A stretch of DNA of 64,000 bases. Origin: Octopus vulgaris. Taxonomy: Eukaryota. The first letter of the stretch is position 1. Every line of letters starts with the position of its first letter. Shown here piece after piece: positions 13,465 to 26,737 of this stretch. Under the pieces are notes generated by a model that saw only the letters and a program-made list of their open reading frames with translations, searched no databases and had not been told where the DNA came from. Made by a program: the position numbers and the translations under genes. The stretch spans positions 16,120,001-16,184,000 of the forward strand of contig OX597826.1 of NCBI GenBank assembly GCA_951406725.2, given 5' to 3'.

Positions 13465-13504
<40 letters not shown>

Positions 13505-13914
13505 TCAATGTATCATTTATCCAAATAAGCAGGATAAACTAAAGTACTGAACGTTAAAGTATTAAAGTAAAATAGTTAATGTCTGGTCAGTGTGTGACCA
13601 ATGATTTAGCACCCACGGAAGCTGTAGCTTCGTGGACGACTCATCAGATTACAAAGGTTAGGCCTCTCATTCACGTCTCTGAATATCTGCTCTAATGAAG
13701 ATCACTCGTCCTCATTATCATCGGACTTTTCAGTCGCAGTTAAGCACCTGACTAACGATCTTAACAACTTTCCACCTCCGACAGGTGAAGAGTTAATTAT
13801 GTCTTCGGACGTGAGTTTGATGGGTCGTGCACGAATCTACGGCTTTCGCAGATGTGAAACTATAAGTCATTCTATGGACAGATATTTAATTATTTGCTTT
13901 AATATGTGTATGTA

Positions 13915-13966
13915 TAAGTGTGTGTTAGTGTGTGTGTGTGTGCTGTGTATGTTTGTGTGTATGTGC

Positions 13967-14039
<73 letters not shown>
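13915..14039. repeat. (TG)n microsatellite
   Basis: Seen directly. Confidence 0.95.
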
Positions 14040-14042
<3 letters not shown>

Positions 14043-14180
14043 ATTTACATATGAAGTAAAAGCAGCTGTAGTGTAATGAATATTATCAAATACATTTACC
14101 ACTGTATATGCTTTGTATATTCTCCGGTGGCTGCAAAGGCGTAGCAGAGTATACAAATTTCACCCTAAATCCCATTAGGA

Positions 14181-14227
14181 GTGATGGACATCGATGTTTC
14201 GCCATGTTTTTGGCTTCTCAGCATCAC
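14181..14227 (-). ncRNA. Type I hammerhead ribozyme motif (altered core)
   Basis: Minus strand: gtgatg-CTGAGAA-gcca.aaaaca.tggc-GAAA-catcgatg-TC-catcac. It has a perfect 6 bp stem I, a 4 bp stem II and palindromic acatcgatgt. Confidence 0.65.
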
Positions 14228-14789
14228 GCATTCACCTGGGTTGAAGGCGAGTAACTGGCCACTCCAGGACTGGTATGTTCATAGCTTGTAAAACCGCTAG
14301 CCGGTATGCCCCGAAATTGCATACGTAAGACTTAATTTACATTTGAAAAGCAGCTTTTACTTCAGATGTAAATTTTCTCTCAGGTCCGCACGAGTTGCAT
14401 ACAAGCCACTTCAAAATTTTAGTTATATGTGAGTTAGTTGCCTTTTGAATGTACAATTAAAAACATCCTGATTGCAGTCTCGCGTAAAATGTAGTGAACT
14501 TCAAACGATCTGTCTATGAAACAGACCGCGGATACAAATGCACATTGAAACAACTTTCACACAGAGGTACAAAACTCATATATACAAAGGTATAAAAAAG
14601 GACAATATGAAATATAATGAAAGAAACAGGTGAATCCAATTACAATGTATATTAAATACAATGAGAATACATACATACCTATACATATACCTACGGTTTC
14701 ATATATACATATCGACAATTATACACATGTGTTCGCAGACACACACATTTATAGACAAGAACACTTATCCATACATTTATCTCTCTATC

Positions 14790-14793
14790 TCTC

Positions 14794-14846
<53 letters not shown>

Positions 14847-14873
14847 CAATACTTACATACATACATATATGTA

Positions 14874-14916
<43 letters not shown>

Positions 14917-14955
14917 CAATACTTACATACATATATATATGTATATATGTATATA

Positions 14956-15000
<45 letters not shown>

Positions 15001-15130
15001 TCATATATACATATATACATATATATATGTAAATATATATGTATGTATATATATGTACTATGTAGGTGTTATGTATGTATGTATATATGTATACGGACAT
15101 GTAAACACACATTCATATGTATGTATGTGA
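14790..15130. repeat. (TA)n/(TATG)n low-complexity tract with an internal tandem duplication
   Basis: ataaatcaatacttacatac occurs twice (14841 and 14911) within (TA)n. Confidence 0.9.
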
Positions 15131-16276
15131 ATATAATAAAAGTTGAGTTAAGGTGAAAAATCAATAAGGGTGTTAGGTAAATATTAGAGCAGTGTAATTG
15201 AGAGTAGGATATAGGCATAATGAGATGATGGAATTTCAGGAAAAGAGAAGTGAGTGGTTGAAGGAGTAAATAGTGTTGAAATATTTCCAACCAGTACCAC
15301 TTACCAATTCTGTAGATGATATCGATCACCTCAGATTTCGTATGCGTCACTATCAGGACGAAAATCAATGCAAAAATCTTCTTTCTCTTGCTTTCTCCTT
15401 GTATGTATTTCACCACCTCTCTATTAATATATACCTCTTACTATCTATCTATACATTTTCGTTTATGATTGTGAATTTATTTTCTTACTTCCTATTTACA
15501 TTCCACCCACACATGCTCACAAATATACATTGCGTTTGTGTTCATGTATGTGTATTAGTTTGTGTGCGAGTGTGTATATGTGCAGTGTGCATGTAGATAT
15601 GAAAAAGCTTCGTATTCTTTCAACTGTTTCGTATACAATATGTTTGCTAGCTGTTCCCATCTTTTATGCGACATAGTATACTAAAATACTCATGATAGTC
15701 TTTTCAGTTTTTGGCGAGGAAACTTTTGACTACTCGATGAAAATGCTATCCAATATATGCTTCACATATTTCAGATCTCATCAACACACAAAACCAGTTT
15801 CAAGTTATAAAAGAATCATTTTCTGTACCTGCGTGATGATCAATGACATTTTTATGTATTTGATACGTCAACTAAACATCTTCACAACGATGAATACTTT
15901 GTTGTTTGATTATGTTTCTGCATTGATTTTTGTCTTCCTTTCACATGAATTCAAGACTTTCTGTCTATTTTAACATGTAATAGAGATTCTAAGATACATG
16001 AACATAGTTATCTAGGATGTGGCACTAATTTTATTTATATATAAATATATTTCTTGTCACTGATGTCAGTAAGAATCTTATTAATTTTCATTTAGTTCTC
16101 ATTTAAGCATCATCAATTACTTTAGTTATTTCCGTGGATCCTATCGCTTTCTCTCTTCGTCTCTTCATTCTCTCTATCTCTCTTTCTTTCTCTTTCACTT
16201 TCTCTCTGTCTGTTTATATATATGAAGATAAATTAAATATAGCTAGTTTATTTATATTACAATACTACATTAACTT

Positions 16277-16359
16277 CTATGAATATAATATATAGCATAA
16301 ACCATAATATTATATAAATTATTATAAAAACTGTAAAACCCCTACAAATTGTTTCGGCT

Positions 16360-16407
<48 letters not shown>

Positions 16408-16676
16408 TATACATAATCACATATCAATTATATATAAGCCACAGCAGGGTAAATCGGTTAGTAAGGCGAAACCCCCGTCTGGAAAGGACGGCCGTCCGTT
16501 CTAGACGGGATTTCGTCTTCCTGAACCGATTTACACTGAAGTGGCTTATATATAATTGAACTGTATATCAAAAAACATATATATATATAAGCCGAAACAA
16601 TTTGTTCGGCTTTTTACGGTTTTTATAATTATTTATATAATATTGTTATGTTTTATGTTATATATTATATCCATAG
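16277..16676. repeat. ~400 bp imperfect palindrome centred on ggacggccgtcc (~16486-16497); each arm carries a hammerhead-like motif
   Basis: The arms pair from ctatgaatataatatatag to atattatatccatag. The + arm reads CTGAAGT-ggctta...taagcc-GAAA-caatttg-TT. The - arm reads CTGCTGT-ggctta...taagcc-GAAA-caatttg-TA. Confidence 0.85.
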
Positions 16677-16699
16677 TATTTAATCCCTCGACCAAGATT

Positions 16700-17490
16700 G
16701 CATATATGTGGCTGATAACAGGTACAAGACTTGAAAGGCAGCTCCTTGAGCAACATACCTTGTCTGATAACCTAAAATACATGCATGCCAAAGAAGTCAC
16801 ACGACTCTATCGCAATGCATCATCAGATGAAAAGATGAGCCTGTATGAATAGAAGATTACGCATGGATATGTTAGCAGAAGCCTAATTATTTAAGATTTG
16901 TATTTGCATATCCAAGGGCCCCAATAATCGCAAGTATAAATCCAAACTTATAATATGGATAGAGTAACTGCAGATTTCTCAATAGTTCAGCGTAGATATT
17001 CTCTTTTTCACTGATCTTCAGCTGTAGGTTAACATCTACCGGGCAGCTTCCACAACAGTACACAGCTTCGTTTTTCTATCCCAAATCATTATATCAGGTC
17101 TATTGTGCTTACATTCTATTGAGGTCTTCTCTGAAACATTCTACCAATACTCCTTTTTTATCATGAGCGGTTATGGCTTCTACCATATTGTGGGTATATT
17201 TATTTATTTCTCTTTGAGTTTATCCTTCCGACGGATTTCATTATAGAGTGCCCTCGCTACAAGATGTCTCATTGATAGAGAAACCATGAAGACATTTTCG
17301 GACAACGGCAAATGATGTGGGTGATGTCTTCGGTGTTAACTCCAAGAAGTTACATTTGTCACCTTTTACTGCTTTTCCTGCAGCTCTATCTCTTTTGTGC
17401 TTCAGATATTTGGTTGATATTTCTTGTTCCTGGATTGCAATCCGGCTATTGGTCCATGATAGACTGCTCTGATGATGATACTATAATCGC
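16700..17490. mobile_element. R4/Dong-type (restriction-like endonuclease) non-LTR fragment, rearranged
   Basis: The minus strand (16880-17490) reads AIQEQEISTKY, a CCHC-like EDITHIICRCP and RPDIMIWDRKTKLCTVVE...IIGALG. The plus strand (16700-16880) ends in KITHGYVSR, the K..HG motif that normally lies just upstream. Confidence 0.75.
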
Positions 17491-17795
17491 GGAATATGGA
17501 TAGTGGGAACTGAAGTTTAGGTATCGTCCAGTGAATGTCGGCTTGCGGTATACGGTTGTCCTGAATCCATATTTGGTGCGTGATATTAATACGTCCAGGA
17601 ATGCTAGGTGATTGTCTTTTTCCTTTTCGATTGTAAACTGCATGGATGGCTTTATCGAGTTCACATGATCTAACAGCACTTGGACATCTTCCTAGTGGGG
17701 CCAGAGTATAAATGTGTCATCAACATATCGCAGCCATAGGGTTGGTTTTATTGGTGTTGCTCCTAAAGCCAAATTCTCAAAGTATTCCATGTATA
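17491..17795 (-). mobile_element. Penelope/Poseidon-type reverse transcriptase fragment
   Basis: YMEYFENLAL...WLRYVDDTFILWPH*...MQFTIEKEKDNHLAFLDVLI...VYRKPTFTGRYLNFSSHYPY. Confidence 0.9.
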
Positions 17796-17841
17796 TATTG
17801 TCATTATTATTATTATTATTATTAATTGTATCGTTGTTGTT

Positions 17842-18240
17842 AAGGCGGCAAGCTGGCAGAAATGTTAGCACACAGGGCAAAACGCTTACCGGTATTTCGT
17901 CTGCTGCTACGTTCTGAGTTCAAATTCCCCCGAGGTTGACTTTGCTTTTCATCCTTTCGGGGTCGACTAAATAAGTACCAGTTACGCACTGTGGTCGATA
18001 TGATCGACTTAATCCGTTTGTCTGTCCGTGTTTGTCCTCTCTGTGTTTAGCCCCTTGTGGGCAATAAAAAATATGTATTTCGTCTATCTTTACTTTCTGA
18101 GCTCAAATTCCGCCGAGGTCGACTTTGCCTTTCATCCTTTCGGGATCGATAAATTAAGTCCCAGCTACGTACTGGGGCCGAACTAATCGATTGGTTCCCT
18201 CCCCCAAAATTACGAGCCTTGTGCCTAGAGTACAAAAGAA
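17842..18240 (+). mobile_element. Two tandem tRNA-derived SINE copies (17842-18070; partial 18075-18240)
   Basis: The head is aaggcggcaagctggcagaa with B-box gagttcaaattcc. Both copies share the core gactttgc.tttcatcctttcggg.tcga. Confidence 0.85.
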
Positions 18241-18759
18241 TACTATTGTTGTTGTTGTCGTTGTTTTGTTGTTGTTATTGTTGTTGTTTCCATTTTGCTT
18301 CTCAAAGCACCGAAAAACCAAAATACATTTACAACATAAAGAACACTGGAATAATCAACATACATTAGTCACTATACCAAATGAAGCCAATTTTCGCGTG
18401 CACTTCTTGAAACACCATTTATTGCATCTAATTCAAACATTCTGGTGCAATCGTCAATGAGAAAAGGAGACGTTGATTTGTAAATCGCTTTTGTGAGCAA
18501 TTTCTCTCATTTCAGAATATGTATTCTGTGACTTGAATGACTGAAATTAGTATCTTATTTGTGTATTTAGCCATTGTATATTTATTACGGGTTTTACTTC
18601 GTTTTGGAATGGATACTAATTGATGGTTTATAACTATATATTCAATATTCTATTATTAATAAACTGTTAAACAGTGTAGAGCAAAACATGATTGCACTGC
18701 GTTCATTTACATCATACATAACTAAGTATATATACATATATTCTGTTAATACAATTCTA

Positions 18760-19036
18760 TAATTAAGAGATGAGGAATTATGTACATTATTTACATTATT
18801 TATATTTCACGGATATTTGTCCTCATCTTGTTTGTTGTTAACACAATGTTTCGGCTGATATACCCTACAGCCTTAATCAGGAATCTTGGGGAAATTTCGA
18901 AATTAGGTACTCATTCCAAAGGTATTTTTCGATGTTATTTTTATTATTATAATTATTATTATTATTATTTAGGTCACTGCCTGGAATCGAACTCGGAATC
19001 TTGGGGTTAGTAGCCCACGCTCTTAAGCACTATGCC
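18760..19036 (-). mobile_element. tRNA-head + (TAA)n + hammerhead unit (decayed core CTGATTA)
   Basis: Homologous to 4100-4470. The hammerhead lies at 18840-18885. The head abuts the SINE at 19037. Confidence 0.85.
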
Positions 19037-19497
19037 AGCTTCCTTACGAACCACATGGTTCCTGGTTCAGTACCACTGCGTGGTAACTTTGGCAAGTGTC
19101 TTCTACTATAGCCTCGGGCCGACCAAAGCCTTGGAAGTGGATTTGGTAGACGGAAACTGGAGAAGCCCGTCGTAGATATATATATATATATAAATACACA
19201 TACATATATTACGGAGATGTACTTGCAGAGCAAGTGACCTGATCTGAGATTGTGTGTGCGTGTATATATATATGTGAGTGTGTGTTTGTGTGTCTGAACT
19301 TTTCCCCAACATCGATTGGCAACCGATGTTGGTGTGTTTATGTCCCCGTAACCTAGTGGTTGGGCATAAGAGACAGATAGAATTAGTACTAGGCTTACAA
19401 AGAATAAGACCTGGGGTCGATTTGCTCGACTAAAGGCGGTGCTCCAGCATAGCCACAGTCAAATGACTGAAACAAGTAAAAGAGTGAAAGAGAGTGA
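19037..19497 (+). mobile_element. tRNA-derived SINE (family of 23027-23447)
   Basis: B-box ggttcagtacc, core ggcaagtgtcttctactatagcctcgggccgacc, tail ctgaaacaagtaaaagag. Confidence 0.85.
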
Positions 19498-19804
19498 ATA
19501 TATTCTGTTGTTACTATGGCCAATACAAATAATTTCTAAATGTTTTAGATCTATTTATCTTAGAACAGATATATGTAGTAAAAAGTGTAAATAAGCTATA
19601 AAACTTTGCCTATTACATACTCTTGTCATACGATTATAACAAACAATTGTTTCTTAATTTACTACGTGCTGTAGAGAAGAGAATTTTTGAAATATCATAG
19701 AACAAATTTCAATAACTGGATCTCTGAAAGATGTTTATGTTGCTGGTAACATCGAATCTATTCTATATGTATACATGTGCTGTGTGCGTGCACGTTTGCG
19801 TTTG

Positions 19805-19878
<74 letters not shown>

Positions 19879-19896
19879 TATGTGTGTATGCATATA

Positions 19897-20722
19897 CGAC
19901 GTCTGATCAATAAGTAGCGAAGTTGTTGACATAGTAACGAAGCTGAAGCGCTCAGAGTAAAGCATATTGGCAAAGATTGACCTTCAACTCCACTGTGCAT
20001 GAACATTAAGTTTCAATATGTTAGGTCTTTGCCACTGTTTACAGCAGTGCTTGGAACGAAGGAGTGTAGCGTGTAATTGTCGCATTGGCCATGACAGAGA
20101 AAGTTGTCAGGGCGATACCTGCTCAAAGTTGCAGAAAGTTTATGGAGAAGAGCGTATGAGCCACACACAAGTGTACGAATTCAGATGTTTCCAAGATGGC
20201 CGAAAAAATGTTGATATAAACATAACTGAGAAACAGATGGCAGATGTGCGTAGAGCTGTGAGAGGAAATCGTCGTTATCAAAGGATGTGCAGGTAAGTTA
20301 CGGTTCGGTTCAGTACATTGTCACTGAAGATTTTGGTATGAGATGCTTGTCTGTCAATTTTGTGACAAAACTGCTTTCAGCTGACCACAATGACATTCGG
20401 GTTTCAGTTACACAAGATCTCCTTGATTGTGTCGAGAACGATAAAACCTTTTTGAAAACTGCGCAGGACTCTGAGCAAAGCTTGTGCCGTAACATGATGC
20501 AGATTCTCTGCTCAACTTCCTTTGTAATTGTTAATGCGACGATCAAACGCTACACACGTTCCTTCCAAGCACTGCTGTAAACAACGGAATTTAGCTAGAA
20601 TGTTAAAACTTTGTGCGCATGCACAGCAGAGTTGAACGTCAATCTGTATCAAGTGGTTTTACTCTGCGTGCCTTAGATCAGTTACTATGGCAACGATTCA
20701 GATACTTATTGATCAGACCACG
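19897..20722 (+). mobile_element. Internally deleted mariner DNA transposon
   Basis: It has TA-flanked TIRs (cgacgtctgatcaataagta...catagtaac and gttactatgg...tacttattgatcagaccacg). Transposase remnants read LQKVYGEERMSHTQVYE..FQDGR and SYGSVQYIVTEDFGMRCLSVNFVTKLL (the WVP..L-like region). Confidence 0.85.
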
Positions 20723-22496
20723 TATTCGATATATAATGTAGAAAGTCCCTCTATCTTAGTATGGTAAGAGCCTTCAATTTCTTTTAGATTGCTAACAAAT
20801 ATGTCAGTTTCGCTACATACACCACAACTACAATTCAAGAATGGAATTGAAAATTCTGATTTCTAAGAAAAGAAGTATGAAAACAAAAAAAATAATATTG
20901 CCATTACACTCTGTGATGAGGACTAGTTGTGTTTGTGAAGGAGCTAGGAAACGGAACATATGCAGCTGAACTTTTCCTCAAAGAAAGTTTGAATACAAAA
21001 TGAAATCAAGAGTATGAATCAAAATTAGAACATGAGTTCATTACACCGAAAAGTCTTTACTGACCGCAAATTAAATTATCCAATTCCCTTTGATGTAATT
21101 TTGATGTCGATTTTCTTCTTCATCAATTGCACAAATTTTGCTGTCAAATTTATTTCTTAATTTACAATCAAATTTTGTTCAGTGCCTTATGAATTTATGA
21201 ACTTATATTCGATTCTGGAACGCTAGACAGATAATTATATTATTTTATATGCGCATAACAGCCTTAAATTGAAATGGATACAAAATTGTACTTGCATATT
21301 TAAGTAAATTTAACGAAATTTTGCGGGAAAATTTTAGTGGGCGTCGTTTATAGTCTATTAATTGTTAAATGCCCTTTATACATCAGCCTGTTCATTGTAG
21401 AAAGAGAAAATATTATTCAGAAATCAATCCTTACAACAAAATCGTATTGAAAAAATAATGAGTCAGATGAAATGGTAGGCATAGTAGCCTTCTTACTGGC
21501 TCACGTTAATTATGCGTTGAAGTTATCGTTATAACACATGCCGAAAAACATTACAGTCTATGCTGCAAATCCTCGTTATTTCTTTCCCTTTCTTTGCATT
21601 AGGTAAACTTTGTTACATAATTGAAATGGTTGTTGAGGCATGATAATAATGTCGCATTATTAAAACCAGGCTCCTGTATTCTTCATACAATATGTCATAT
21701 CAAAACATAATATGAAACCCTGAAGTGTATTTTGCGTTTACCGAATGTTCTAAATATATTACGGACGTGATGTTCTAGCTTTAATTTTCCTCATAGAATA
21801 TTGTCCTTTAAATAGTCATTTATTTGTCACATTCATTTGAGATTTTATTGATGTTATAATATTCTTATTTCGGATAAGTTAGAGCAAATTAGAAGTCCAA
21901 TGGGGACGTGCCATTAATATTCTAAATACTTTTTGAAAATGGTACAGAAATATGGTTTTTGTACCTGCCAATCGTTTCTATTTATAGGGTGATTCCTTTG
22001 CAAAAACTGAAATTTGGTTGAAAATCTAGAAACGGTCAATATTTAAGCAAATATCTCTATGGCACCAACAATCTAATAATGATATTACCACTCTGTTATT
22101 TAATGTTGTTGCAGTTTCCTGGTTGTAATCATGTGATTGTTGGACTTAGCAAAAAGTAAATAATTTAAACTCAGAAGGACAAAATCAACCTGAGAGAAAG
22201 AAGTAAAGAAAGGTGCAAAAATATTAGAACCAATAAACAATACACTATGCAGATTTCCAATCACAATCACCAGTCCACTACAAATCCAGTCAATAACAAT
22301 AATAATAACAACAACGACCAAACTAGAAACAATACAAGATCAAAATAGTATTGATATAATCTCTTTAATTTATGGGGCTGGAATGTTTCTTACTTTCTAT
22401 TAGCAAATAATTCTCGCCATTATATCATTTTTATATATATATATATTGATAGATATAATTTACGATAGATTTTAATTCTTATATCTATTTATTTAG

Positions 22497-22539
<43 letters not shown>

Positions 22540-22712
22540 AATATTAGGGAATAAATCCAAATTTACAGGGAAAAAATCAGATTTAGGATTAAATCCAATT
22601 TTATAGTAAAATATTATATAATATTAATTCGAGACAAAACCACTATTTTGCAAAACAAACAAGGAAAGACTTAATCAATACATAAAAGTTTTTAATATAA
22701 AGAAATAAACCG

Positions 22713-22755
22713 CCACTACAATCGTTTCATGTCTTCAATGACATTCGTCAGGTGG
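22713..22755 (-). ncRNA. Type I hammerhead ribozyme motif, intact core
   Basis: Minus strand: ccac-CTGACGA-atgtc.attgaa.gacat-GAAA-cgattg-TA-gtgg. It lies in a PLE-like terminus that ends at (TA)n near 22535. Confidence 0.75.
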
Positions 22756-22808
22756 ATTTTCGATCTCCTAATCTGTTTTAATTTATGAATATATATATAT
22801 ATATAAAT

Positions 22809-22839
<31 letters not shown>

Positions 22840-23026
22840 AAGAGATCTAACGTATTACATTTAATTTAATTTGAGAATTAATTTTGTTAGACAATATATT
22901 ATTTAATTATTAGGTGGTATATTTATTATGTAGTATGAAATTTTAAGATAATTAGGTATTATATTAATTGTTATTTAGTCAAATATATTATAGATTGAAA
23001 TATTAAATCTATAGATACTACACATA

Positions 23027-23447
23027 CTCTTTTACTCTTTTACTTGTTTCAGTCATTTGACTGCGGCCATGCTGGAGCACCGCCTTTAGTCGAGCTAATC
23101 GACCCCCGGACTTATTCTTTTTGTAAGCCCAGTACTTATTTTATCGGTCACTTTTTGCCGAACCGCTAAGTGACGGGGACGTAAACACACCAGCATCGGT
23201 TGTCAAACAATGCTAGAGGGACAAACACAGACACACAAACATATACACACACATACATACATATATATATATACATATATACGACAGGTTTCTTTCAGTT
23301 TCCATCTACCAAATCCACTCACAAGGCTTTGGTCGGCCCGAGGCTATAGCAGAAGACACTTACCCAAGATGCCACGCAGTGGGACTGAACCCGGAACCAT
23401 GTGGTTGGTGAGCAAGCTACATACCACACAGCCACTCCTGCACCTAT
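23027..23447 (-). mobile_element. Full-length tRNA-derived SINE
   Basis: The minus strand has A-box tggctgtgtgg, B-box ggttcagtccc and a (gagtaaaa)n tail. Partial copies are at 24716-24858, 48470-48620 and 53494-53820. Confidence 0.9.
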
Positions 23448-23660
23448 GTATATTATATAGTTTGCTTATTTAATGAGTTTGTCTATATTTGAACCATTTC
23501 TTATTTTGATTACAATTTTATGACTTGTACTAGCACTGTGTATATTAAATAATTTTATAGTATTTAATAATTTATGTATGGTATATTTAGTATTTTTTAT
23601 ATATATGTATATATATATCAAAGTATATTTATTAATTATTTTATTATGCTAGCTTATTTT

Positions 23661-23741
23661 TAACCTAATGAGTGGCTATATTTATATCGAAGTGATTTTA
23701 CTATTACTATAATTTTTTTAGCCACGAAACAGGTGTCGTTA
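23661..23741 (+). ncRNA. Hammerhead ribozyme motif with G5A core mutation (likely inactive)
   Basis: taac-CTAATGA-gtggcta...tagccac-GAAA-caggtg-TC-gtta. Confidence 0.65.
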
Positions 23742-23898
23742 TTCTACCAATCATATACATTTTTATTATTTTTTGGCAATTTATTTAGTCATTGGTATTT
23801 TATTGTTATTTTAATTTTAATATTTCTATTATATGTAATTTTCTAGATGGTGTAATTTAATTGCTCATTTTGAATTGATAAAATATGTTATTTTCTAA

Positions 23899-23931
<33 letters not shown>

Positions 23932-23980
23932 CACCACATATATAAAATTAATTTATTATATAGAAGGAGTTCTACAGGAC

Positions 23981-24015
<35 letters not shown>

Positions 24016-24071
24016 CATACTTGTGTCAAGGTCATATATATATGCGTATGTGTACATACTTACATCTATGC

Positions 24072-24128
<57 letters not shown>

Positions 24129-24384
24129 TATGTATGTGTACATACTATCTATGCGTGTATATATATATATATATATATGCATATGTGCACAGGACGTCAC
24201 GAAACATATACAACAGGAAAATACTAAGCACAAGTACATTGAGCATGATCTATTCTTTCGAACAAAAGACACAAATGGAAAACAAAGAAAACAACTTAAA
24301 GAACGGCATTTCGTCAGTTGCTGACTGTTTTTCTAGTCTCTTATTTCGAGTATTTAACAACAATATAATCATTCGATAAAATAG

Positions 24385-24640
24385 TTGCTCCAGCAGGAAG
24401 TGGTGGCGAACCCTGCTTTACTCTTTCACCACAACTTTCTCTCACTCTATCATTTTCTTTCTGTTGTACTTGTATTTCTATGGGTTAATCTTGTCATACT
24501 CAATGTCATGCTGAATCTCCCCGAGAACTACGTTAAGGGTACATGTGTTTGTCGAGTGCTCAGCTACTTGCACGTTAATTCTACTAGTAGTCTGTTCCGT
24601 TCATTGGATCAAGTGGAACCCTCGTCACAACCAACGTCAC
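24385..24640 (+). mobile_element. SINE fragment (family of 53205-53455, 55690-55960, 62700-62990)
   Basis: It shares ctccagcag...ctctttc..cacaactttctctcactc and the gttaaggg...ttggatcaa.tgga segments with those copies. Confidence 0.65.
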
Positions 24641-24642
24641 AA

Positions 24643-24693
<51 letters not shown>

Positions 24694-24859
24694 GATTGAG
24701 ATTGAAAAAAATATATACTCTTTCACTCTTTTACTTGTTTCAGTCATTTGACTGCGGCTATGCTGGAGCACCGCCTTTAGACGAGCAAATCGACCCCGGG
24801 ACTTATTCTTTGTAAGCCCAGTACTTATTCTATCTGTCTCTTTTGCCGAACCGCTAGGT

Positions 24860-24874
24860 GAGATAGATAGATTG

Positions 24875-24941
<67 letters not shown>

Positions 24942-24962
24942 CAAATAGACAGATAGATAGAT
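24860..24962. repeat. (GATA)n microsatellite
   Basis: Seen directly. Confidence 0.95.
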
Positions 24963-25059
24963 TCCATTATATTAGGTATATAAAATCATGCTAAACTGCC
25001 ACACACCTACATAATTTCAATTGTACAATATACATTCCATGTTTCTGCTCTCTGACCTG

Positions 25060-25430
25060 ATAGCTTAATAGGGTGATATTGCTTCAGATTTCGGGTTCGA
25101 AATCTTGTGTTTCTTCTTGTCTGTTACTGTGTAATGCATTAAAAAAATTATGTTTTTCCGTGCCTGGGGTGTGATGTCCTCTGGCAGGTCTGATTTTCCC
25201 TCACCTGTCATTCTCTCAGGTTTTGAAGGAAGAAAGTGTACAAGTGTCACATGTGTTGCCGGTGATGATATTTATTTTATATAACAAAGTTATTGCCCTT
25301 GCAATGTTTGGGATAAGAGTTTGATTGTTAAGGATGTGTTAGCTATCACAATCAAGGCCATTGTAGAATAGTGCGTGTACAAGTTACATAGATGTGTTTG
25401 AAATTGGAACTAATTTCTCTTTGTACCGTT
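25060..25430 (-). pseudogene. Decayed leucine-rich-repeat coding remnant
   Basis: The minus strand reads LLYKINIITGNTCDTCTLSSFKT*EN, SDLPEDI and LHSNRQEETQDFEPEI*SNITLL. Confidence 0.3.
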
Positions 25431-26737
25431 CCTTGCCTTTATTCTGCATACTGTATTTAATCATAGATACATCCCTTAGTGACTGAGTGTCAGTAGGGCA
25501 TTGCACAATAGTGAGATTTTCTACTCTGGTTCGATAGCTACAGTAAGAAATAACAAACAACAATGAAATTATGATTTCATTTCTATAATATAAATGTAAA
25601 TAATATTAGTTATGAAATGATGTATGTTTATGATTTCCGATATTACTAGAAGAGCTATTCTTTCATTTCTACCCTCTTAATACAATAGTTGCGAGTAAAT
25701 CAATTGACTATGCTCGTAAATATATTCAGTTGCATTCCTGTTCTTGTGTAAGAAATCACTAAATATCTGGCAGGGGCTATACCACGCCAGACAGGTATAA
25801 ATTATACTATTCATATGTTCTGAGTTAAAAGGCTACTTAATCTTGTATTTAACCTACGAGGTTGCAACATGCATAGCATTCATATATTTCACTTGATTAT
25901 ACGTATTTACAATTTTTTATTGATTTCCAAATAAATAATCGATATTCTCGATATTCTAGGTCCTTCTTTGAATATACTCCAATGTTCTTGCCACTTAAAT
26001 TACTAAGTTTTATGAAAACGTGCTTCTTATACCATACACAGTATAGACTCCTCTTAGAAAACATGAAATATTCAAAAGTTACGTAATTTTAGCCGTGATA
26101 AGTGAAAAACATTTTATGTAAGTATATTTTGCTACCCACTGTGTGTATAATGAAACTTCAAAATGTGGTGTTTTAGTGGTTTCCAAGAATTGTCACGAGA
26201 GATGAACATGTGCATGCAAACATACACACACACACATAAACATCTATTTTCATTTTAAACTTCATTATGCGCCATCCTCTCTCGTATTATTGTAATTAAT
26301 AAGGTGAATGTGGTAAGGTGAGATGCATTTTATATTTCGTATAAGAGAAATGAGATCGCTACTGCTACTAAGCATTTGGAATCCGAAGTGGCTTTCCGAG
26401 ACATTATGGTCGGATATTGGTTGCAAGTTTTTAGCAATATCTCTGCTTTTTTTACCCTTGTAATTTAGAAAATAGAAATAGAGAAATATCTACTGCCTTT
26501 CTCTCAAATTCCCACATATAACTATAAACGCATCCTTGAAATTTTAGTGTTGGTCCCCGAATCACAAGTTTTTTCTAAAATGTTTAAGAAATATACAGTG
26601 TAATTCATTCAGATTATACATGCATATATCTATTTTCCATTGTTTACAATTTGTGTCCCTGACTTTGCAGCCCGTAAACTGTTACTCCTCACATCCTCAA
26701 TAGTTATGCGTGCTGTAAACGTGTAATAATGCTGTAC

